Positions 58,288 to 64,000 of a stretch of 64,000 nucleotides of DNA are shown here, one piece after another. This DNA is from Gemmatimonas sp. (GTDB lineage: Bacteria; Gemmatimonadota; Gemmatimonadetes; Gemmatimonadales; Gemmatimonadaceae): NCBI GenBank assembly GCA_965279375.1, contig OZ257156.1, positions 1,440,001 to 1,504,000 on the forward strand. Direction: 5' to 3'. Each line of letters opens with the position of its first letter. Position 1 is the first letter of the stretch. Both the position numbers and the translations under genes were made by a program. A model generated the notes under the pieces. It had not been told where the DNA came from. It did no database searches and worked only from the letters and a program-made list of their open reading frames with translations.

Positions 58288-60297
58288 ATGCGCTCTTCGT
58301 TGCTGGTCATCGCTCTCACATCGGTGGCGTCCGCCACGGTCGTCGAGGCGCAGCAAGCCGCCCCCCGGCCGATTCGCTCCGGCGATCTCTACCGCCTGCG
58401 TGATGTCGGTGCGGGGCGCATCTCGCCCGACGGCGCGTGGATCGCGTACACGATCACCACGACCGATTCGACGAAGGACAAGAGCGACAGCGACGTCTGG
58501 ATGACGAGCTTCGATGGTGCGCGCACGTTACGCATGACGAGCTCGCCCGAAGGCGAAGGGAATCCGCGCTGGAGTCCGGACAACCGGTATCTGTCCTTCG
58601 TGTCGGGACGCTACGAATCGAAAGGTGGGCAGGTCTGGCTGCTCGATCGCGCGGGCGGCGATGCCGTGCGTCTCACCGATCTCAAGGGCGGCGTTGGCGA
58701 GTATGAGTGGTCGCCCGATGGCACGCGCCTCGCGATCGTCTCACACGATCCTGATCCCGAAGAGCTCAAGCCCGATTCGCTCAAGACCAAGAGCCCCAAG
58801 CCGATCGTGATGGATCGGTATGCGTTCAAGCGCGACAACACGGGATACCTCGATCGTCTGCGCGATCATGTGTACATCGTCGACGTCGCGACCAAGAAGG
58901 CCGTGCAGATCACGACGGGCGACTTCGACGATCAGTCGGTGCGCTGGTCGCCTGACGGTAAGCGCCTCGCGTTTGTGAGTGAGCGCAGCGGTACCGATCC
59001 GGATCGTACCAACAACTCGGACATCTACGTGGTCGACGCGGTGGCCGGTGCGACGCCGGTTAAACTCACCACGTGGAACGGTCCCGACGCGGGCCCGGTC
59101 TGGAGCCCCGATGGCCAGTCCATCGCGTATCTGCAGGGGAGCGAGCCGCAACTCTCCGCATACACGCAGAATACGATCGCCGTAGTGCCAAGCGCCGGTG
59201 GCGCACCGCGCTTGCTCGCGACGTCGCTCGATCGTGATGTGAACAGTCTGTCGTGGAGTGCCGACGGCACGTCGCTGCTATTCCTGCTCGGTGACGACCG
59301 TGCTGTACATCTCGCCACGGTGCCGGCAGCCGGCGGTACCGTCACGCGTATACTCGACGGGCGTCGCGTCGTGTCGTCGTACGACAAGTCGAACTCCGGT
59401 CGCATGGTGGTGAACACCGCGACCGCTATGCGTTCGGGCGAAGTGTTCGCACTCGAGAGCGGTGCGCTGCGTGTGCTCACGCACGTGAACGATTCCATCT
59501 TCACTGCGATCGCCGTCGGCAAGACGGAAGACGTGCAGTTCAAGAACAAGGATGGTCTAACCGTCGGCGCGCTGCTGGTGAAGCCCGCAACCTTCGACGC
59601 GAGCAAGAAGTATCCGCTGATGCTGCGTATTCACGGTGGCCCGAACGGACAGGACCAGCACGCCTTTTCACTCGAGCGGGAGCTGTTCGCGGCGAATGGC
59701 TATCTCGTGCTCGCGGTGAACTATCGCGGCAGCTCGGGACGCGGCCAGGCGTGGAAGAAGGCGATCTTCGCCGACTGGGGCAACAAGGAAGTGCAGGACC
59801 TGCTCGCCGGTGTCGATCACGTCATCGGCATGGGCATCGTGGACACCACGCGCATGGGCATCGGCGGGTGGAGCTATGGCGGCATCCTCACCGACTACAC
59901 CATCGCGACGACCACGCGCTTCAAGGCGGCCACCAGTGGCGCAGGCAGCGCGCTGCAAACCACGATGTACGGCACCGACCAGTACATCTATCAGTACGAA
60001 AACGAACTCGGCGCGCCGTGGAAGAATCCGAAGCTCTGGGAGAAGCTGTCGTATCCGTTCTGGCACGCCGATCGCATTACCACGCCAACGATGTTCCTTG
60101 GCGGCGAGAAGGACTTCAACGTTCCCATCGCCGGTGGTGAGCAGATGTATCAGGCGCTCAAGTCACTCGGTGTGCCGAGCCAGATGATCGTCTATCCGGG
60201 GCAGTACCACGGCATCTCGCGTCCGAGCTTTGTGAAGGATCGCTACGATCGCTATCTCGGCTGGTACGCCAAGTACCTGATGGGCATTACGCAGTAG
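58288..60297 (+). CDS. S9 prolyl oligopeptidase-family exported peptidase
   Basis: WSPDG beta-propeller repeats; IHGGP, NYRGS, GWSYGG, D.NVP, YHG. Confidence 0.93.
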   Translation: MRSSLLVIALTSVASATVVEAQQAAPRPIRSGDLYRLRDVGAGRISPDGAWIAYTITTTDSTKDKSDSDVWMTSFDGARTLRMTSSPEGEGNPRWSPDNRYLSFVSGRYESKGGQVWLLDRAGGDAVRLTDLKGGVGEYEWSPDGTRLAIVSHDPDPEELKPDSLKTKSPKPIVMDRYAFKRDNTGYLDRLRDHVYIVDVATKKAVQITTGDFDDQSVRWSPDGKRLAFVSERSGTDPDRTNNSDIYVVDAVAGATPVKLTTWNGPDAGPVWSPDGQSIAYLQGSEPQLSAYTQNTIAVVPSAGGAPRLLATSLDRDVNSLSWSADGTSLLFLLGDDRAVHLATVPAAGGTVTRILDGRRVVSSYDKSNSGRMVVNTATAMRSGEVFALESGALRVLTHVNDSIFTAIAVGKTEDVQFKNKDGLTVGALLVKPATFDASKKYPLMLRIHGGPNGQDQHAFSLERELFAANGYLVLAVNYRGSSGRGQAWKKAIFADWGNKEVQDLLAGVDHVIGMGIVDTTRMGIGGWSYGGILTDYTIATTTRFKAATSGAGSALQTTMYGTDQYIYQYENELGAPWKNPKLWEKLSYPFWHADRITTPTMFLGGEKDFNVPIAGGEQMYQALKSLGVPSQMIVYPGQYHGISRPSFVKDRYDRYLGWYAKYLMGITQ

Positions 60298-60303
60298 CGA
60301 AGA

Positions 60304-60573
60304 CTACTTCTGCTTGGCCTTCCACGCCTTGTGCTCGACGGGCATGCACTTGGCGCACGGGTGATAGCCTGCCGCGATCGCCGTCGCTTCGTCGGCGAAG
60401 AACACACGCTGCTGCGCGTAGCCCGTGCCGGTGTCCAGCGCGCGACGCGCAAGTTTGCAATCCAGCCGGCCATAGCGCCGTTCCTTGCGGTAGCCACCGA
60501 AGGTGCCCGGGGTGGGGCTGGTGTATCGCGCGCCGTCGGCGCCGATGAGGAGATAGAGCTTTTCCGTTGCCAT
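60304..60573 (-). CDS. Stand-alone Ada-type metal-binding domain protein
   Basis: YGRLDC...RVFF.DE..A..AGY.PCAKC.P. Confidence 0.8.
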   Translation of the reverse strand: MATEKLYLLIGADGARYTSPTPGTFGGYRKERRYGRLDCKLARRALDTGTGYAQQRVFFADEATAIAAGYHPCAKCMPVEHKAWKAKQK

Positions 60574-60689
60574 GCTGGAAATCTACTCACTGCCGGTCCC
60601 ATGCTGCACATCGGGCGCACAGCTCATGCACGGTCGGCCAGCCTCGACTATCGTTCGGCGATGATGCCCCCTCTCTCAATCACGCTGGC

Positions 60690-61376
60690 ATGAAGCCGCT
60701 CGAGCGGCTGGGTGAAGCCCGCACGCCTAACGGCACGGTGCTCACGTTGTACCGCCACGATGGCGCGTACCTGATCAAGGCGGACGGCGTGGAACTCATG
60801 TCCACACGCCGCCATCTGTCCGAAGATCGCCTGGCCGAAGTCGCCTGCGCGCCCTATCGCGACACGCCGCGCGCACGCGTGCTGATTGGTGGGTTGGGAC
60901 TCGGATTCACGCTGCGCGCGGCCCTGCGCGCACTCCCCGCCGACGCGGAAGTCGTTGTCGCCGAGTTGGTGGCCGATGTCGTTGCGTGGAACAGCAACCC
61001 GGAGTATGCGCTGTCGCACGAGGCGATGCAGGATCTGCGCGTGCGCATCGTGCACGACGATGTGGTGAATGTTCTGCGTGCGGACGCGGTTGGGTTCAAC
61101 GCAATCATGCTGGACACCGACAACGGTCCCGATGGCATGCTCATGTCGGAGAATGCGCGACTGTACGCGCAGCGTGGGATCGCGCTGACGATGAACGCGC
61201 TCCGTCCGGGCGGCACCATCGCGTATTGGAGTGTCGGCGACGATCCCAAGTTCGCTGGCCAGTTGCAGCATGCGGGACTCGCCGTGGAGACGCTGCGTGT
61301 GCGTGCGCACGACACGTCGGGGCCGATGCACACGCTGTATGTGGCCAGACCACGTGCGCGGAAGACGAGCTTGTGA
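60690..61376 (+). CDS. Spermidine-synthase-like SAM-dependent protein
   Basis: ELMS.R...SE..LA, VLIGGLGLGFT, V.EL, LD.DNGP, L.PGG....WS. Confidence 0.8.
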   Translation: MKPLERLGEARTPNGTVLTLYRHDGAYLIKADGVELMSTRRHLSEDRLAEVACAPYRDTPRARVLIGGLGLGFTLRAALRALPADAEVVVAELVADVVAWNSNPEYALSHEAMQDLRVRIVHDDVVNVLRADAVGFNAIMLDTDNGPDGMLMSENARLYAQRGIALTMNALRPGGTIAYWSVGDDPKFAGQLQHAGLAVETLRVRAHDTSGPMHTLYVARPRARKTSL

Positions 61377-62356
61377 GAGTTCTCGTCTTCATTCAATGGC
61401 CTGTGAAGGCATGGTCCATTCCCGATGCGCATGCGGCAGCGATCGCCGAGTCGTTTCCCGACGTGGAGTTCGTTCGCGCGCGTTCCGTGGACGAAGCCGC
61501 CGCGCTGATCGGCGATGTCGATGCGTGCTTCACACCATTTCTCAACCGCGAGATGGTCGCGTCGGCATCGAAGCTCCGCTGGGTGCATTCGCCGGCGGCG
61601 GCCGTGGAAGGATTGCTACCGTTGACCGAGCTGGCCGCAGCGGGGGTGATCGTCACCAACTCGCGAGGCATTCAGGCAATTCCCATCGCCGAGCATGTGA
61701 TGGGTGGTATGCTGATGTTGTCGCGCCGGCTCGATCGCATGCTGGTGGCGCAGCGTGAGCGACGGTGGATTCAGAACGAGCTCACGGAAGAATGGCCGTG
61801 GATGCTGCACGGGCAGCGCATGACCATCGTTGGATTGGGCACCATCGGTGTGGAGATTGCAAGACGTGCGCACGCCTTTGGCATGCAGGTGACCGGCGTG
61901 CGTCGTCGGCTCGATCAGGAGAAGCCTGCGTTCGTGGAGCGCGTCGTTGGTCCGGCGCAGTTGGACGCCGCACTGTCTGGCTGTGATGTGGTCGTGCTGT
62001 CCGCGCCGGGTGTTGCGTCTACGAACCGGATGATCGGTGCGCCGCAGCTGGCGCTGCTCAATCGCGGTGCGCTGCTGGTGAACGTGGCGCGTGCGGCCGT
62101 GGTGGATGAACGTGCGATGCTCGACGCGCTCGCGAGCGGGCAGCTTGGCGGCGCGGTGCTCGATGTGTTCGAGCGTGAGCCGCTGGACCCGTCGCATCCG
62201 CTGTGGAGCACGCCCAATGTGCTCATCACGCCGCACAGCTCTGGCTTTCGCCGTTCGCACTGGGACGCGGTCACGGCGCTCTACAGTGCGAACCTGCGAC
62301 GCTACCTCCGCCACGATGCGCTCGAGAACTTGGTCGACCTGTCGGCGGGATACTGA
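61373..62356 (+). CDS. D-2-hydroxyacid dehydrogenase
   Basis: TNSRG.....IAEH, GLGTIG, NVAR..VVDE, GAVLDVF..EPL, ITPH. Confidence 0.9.
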   Translation: MRVLVFIQWPVKAWSIPDAHAAAIAESFPDVEFVRARSVDEAAALIGDVDACFTPFLNREMVASASKLRWVHSPAAAVEGLLPLTELAAAGVIVTNSRGIQAIPIAEHVMGGMLMLSRRLDRMLVAQRERRWIQNELTEEWPWMLHGQRMTIVGLGTIGVEIARRAHAFGMQVTGVRRRLDQEKPAFVERVVGPAQLDAALSGCDVVVLSAPGVASTNRMIGAPQLALLNRGALLVNVARAAVVDERAMLDALASGQLGGAVLDVFEREPLDPSHPLWSTPNVLITPHSSGFRRSHWDAVTALYSANLRRYLRHDALENLVDLSAGY

Positions 62357-62382
62357 CGCATGTCGCATGGCGTGGAGGAGTC

Positions 62383-63378
62383 GTGATCGCTGAAACGCGG
62401 AATCTGCAGACGCGTCGTCGCGTCTTCATGCTGGGTGCGACGGGCACCATTGGCCGCGCGACTGTGCGCGCGCTGGTGCGACATGGATACGAGGTCGTCT
62501 GCTTCGTGCGCCATGCATCGCGCGCGGCGAACAACTTCGCGGCGGATGGTGTGACGGTGCGCGTCGGCGATGTCGGCGATCGCGCGTCCATCGCGCGCGA
62601 CGGTATGCAAGGCGAACGCTTTGACGTTGTGGTGTCGTGCATGGCGTCGCGCACGGGCGTCGCGCGCGATGCGTGGGCGATCGATCACGCGGCGCACGTG
62701 AACGTGCTGGAGGTGGCCAGGCAGCACGGCGTCACGCAAATGGTGCTACTGTCGGCGATCTGCGTGCAGAAGCCGTTGCTCGCGTTTCAGCACGCCAAGT
62801 TGGCGTTCGAGCAGGCATTGATTGAATCGGGGCTCGTCTACTCCATCGTGCGTCCAACGGCGTTCTTCAAGTCGCTGTCGGGGCAGGTGGCGCGCGTGCA
62901 GCAGGGGAAGCCGTACCTGATGTTTAGTGACGGTACGCTGACAGCATGCAAGCCGATCAGCGACGGTGATCTGGCCGAGTTCATCGCGACTTGCATTGCG
63001 GATACGACGCGTCACAATCGCATTCTGCCGATCGGTGGGCTGGGCAAGGCACAGACCCCGCGCGAGCAAGGAGAGCAGTTGTTCGCGCTGCTGGGACAGC
63101 CTCCCAAGTTCAAGCAGGTGCCCGTCGCCCTGCTGGACGTCATTGTCGGTGTACTCGGCGCGCTGGGTCGTGTCATACCGCCGCTTGCGGCCAAGGCGGA
63201 GTTGGCGCGCATCGGCAGATACTACGCAACCGAATCGATGCTGGTGTGGGACACCAAGAGCGGGCGCTACGACGCGGACGCCACGCCCTCGACGGGACGC
63301 GATACGTTGCGCGACTATCATGCGCAGCTCATCCGCGGTGAGGTTACGTTGGACCGCGGAGACCAAGCGGTTTTCTGA
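62383..63378 (+). CDS. bciA: Divinyl-(proto)chlorophyllide 8-vinyl reductase (NADPH-dependent)
   Basis: GATGTIG, SC.ASRTG...DAW.ID, LLSAICVQKP.L.FQ.AKL.FE, IVRPTAFFKSL.GQ, CKPIS, ARIG.YYA.ESML; GGAGGAG RBS. Confidence 0.88.
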   Translation: MIAETRNLQTRRRVFMLGATGTIGRATVRALVRHGYEVVCFVRHASRAANNFAADGVTVRVGDVGDRASIARDGMQGERFDVVVSCMASRTGVARDAWAIDHAAHVNVLEVARQHGVTQMVLLSAICVQKPLLAFQHAKLAFEQALIESGLVYSIVRPTAFFKSLSGQVARVQQGKPYLMFSDGTLTACKPISDGDLAEFIATCIADTTRHNRILPIGGLGKAQTPREQGEQLFALLGQPPKFKQVPVALLDVIVGVLGALGRVIPPLAAKAELARIGRYYATESMLVWDTKSGRYDADATPSTGRDTLRDYHAQLIRGEVTLDRGDQAVF

Positions 63379-64000
63379 TGCACTACTTCTCCCGCACCCA
63401 TCTGCTCATGCGTGCATGTCCGCGTGTTCGCGCTCTGCTCCCGATTGTCACTGCATCGGCCGTGATGGTGGCCTGCGCCTCCGCGACGCGAACGGCGTCC
63501 TCGTCGCCGTCGACTGAGCGGCCGTTCTGGGGCGCGCCGAGTGCCGGGAAGACGCACACATTGATGCCATCGCCGACGACCGTGGTGAATGGCGGCTACG
63601 ATCCGGCGGCAGCACCGGTGGTGCGCATGGCGTCCGGCGATCTGTTGGATGTGGGCACCGTTTCAACGTGCGGCACGCGCTTGCTGCAGCCGGGCAAGGA
63701 CTCGGGGCAAATCGAGCCGGCGATTCGTGCCATTCAGGCGGCGGTCACGGCGGGAACGCTCAAGCGAGGCCCGGGCGGCCATGTGCTGACGGGGCCCGTG
63801 TACGTGGAGGGCGCGCAACCGGGCGATGTGCTCGAGGTGCGATTGCAGTCGATCGCGCTCGACGCACCATACGCATGCAACAGTTTCAGCTCGCGCAACG
63901 GCTTCATCCCGGAAGATTTCCCCAACACGACCAGGTCACGCATCGTCCCGCTGGACAAGCAGCGCATGGTTGGACGGTTCGACGATTCGCTCGGAATCGA
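63378..64000 (+). CDS. Acetamidase/formamidase-family lipoprotein (3' truncated)
   Basis: Own translation: lipobox MVAC, GHVLTGPVYVEGAQPGDVLEVR; frame open to the window end. Confidence 0.82.
   Translation, partial: MHYFSRTHLLMRACPRVRALLPIVTASAVMVACASATRTASSSPSTERPFWGAPSAGKTHTLMPSPTTVVNGGYDPAAAPVVRMASGDLLDVGTVSTCGTRLLQPGKDSGQIEPAIRAIQAAVTAGTLKRGPGGHVLTGPVYVEGAQPGDVLEVRLQSIALDAPYACNSFSSRNGFIPEDFPNTTRSRIVPLDKQRMVGRFDDSLGI

Overview
GC-rich bacterial chromosomal window. The gene content (SusC/SusD pair, PEP-CTERM protein, many secreted serine hydrolases and peptidases, a barrel-less TonB-plug protein, bciA) suggests Gemmatimonadota, possibly a phototrophic Gemmatimonas; this taxonomy is inferred, not shown. 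About 60 CDS were identified. I saw no rRNA, tRNA, CRISPR array, transposase, integrase or phage genes. Main modules: (1) end of a susC-susD pair; (2) divergent katG/oxyR with a clear OxyR box array; (3) a ~12 kb putative L-arabinose utilisation locus (Tat-exported unclassified GH-like protein, araD, araB, a FucI-family isomerase in place of araA, a sugar ABC transporter, a GH146/GH127-type beta-L-arabinofuranosidase) with a palindromic candidate operator and a ~210 bp inverted-repeat element; (4) a HAD-IIB (MpgP-like) phosphatase plus an atypical GT-A glycosyltransferase, a candidate new compatible-solute synthesis pair; (5) a SifR-like Rrf2 regulator plus a quinone oxidoreductase with two matching 19-bp boxes; (6) a TetR/aldo-keto reductase pair with twin operators; (7) orphan kynU and bciA. 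The best candidates for undescribed biology are the unclassified GH and non-AraA isomerase of the arabinose locus, the GT/HAD pair, and the CGGATA-based intergenic repeat family. All family assignments come from reading motifs by eye; no database searches were run.
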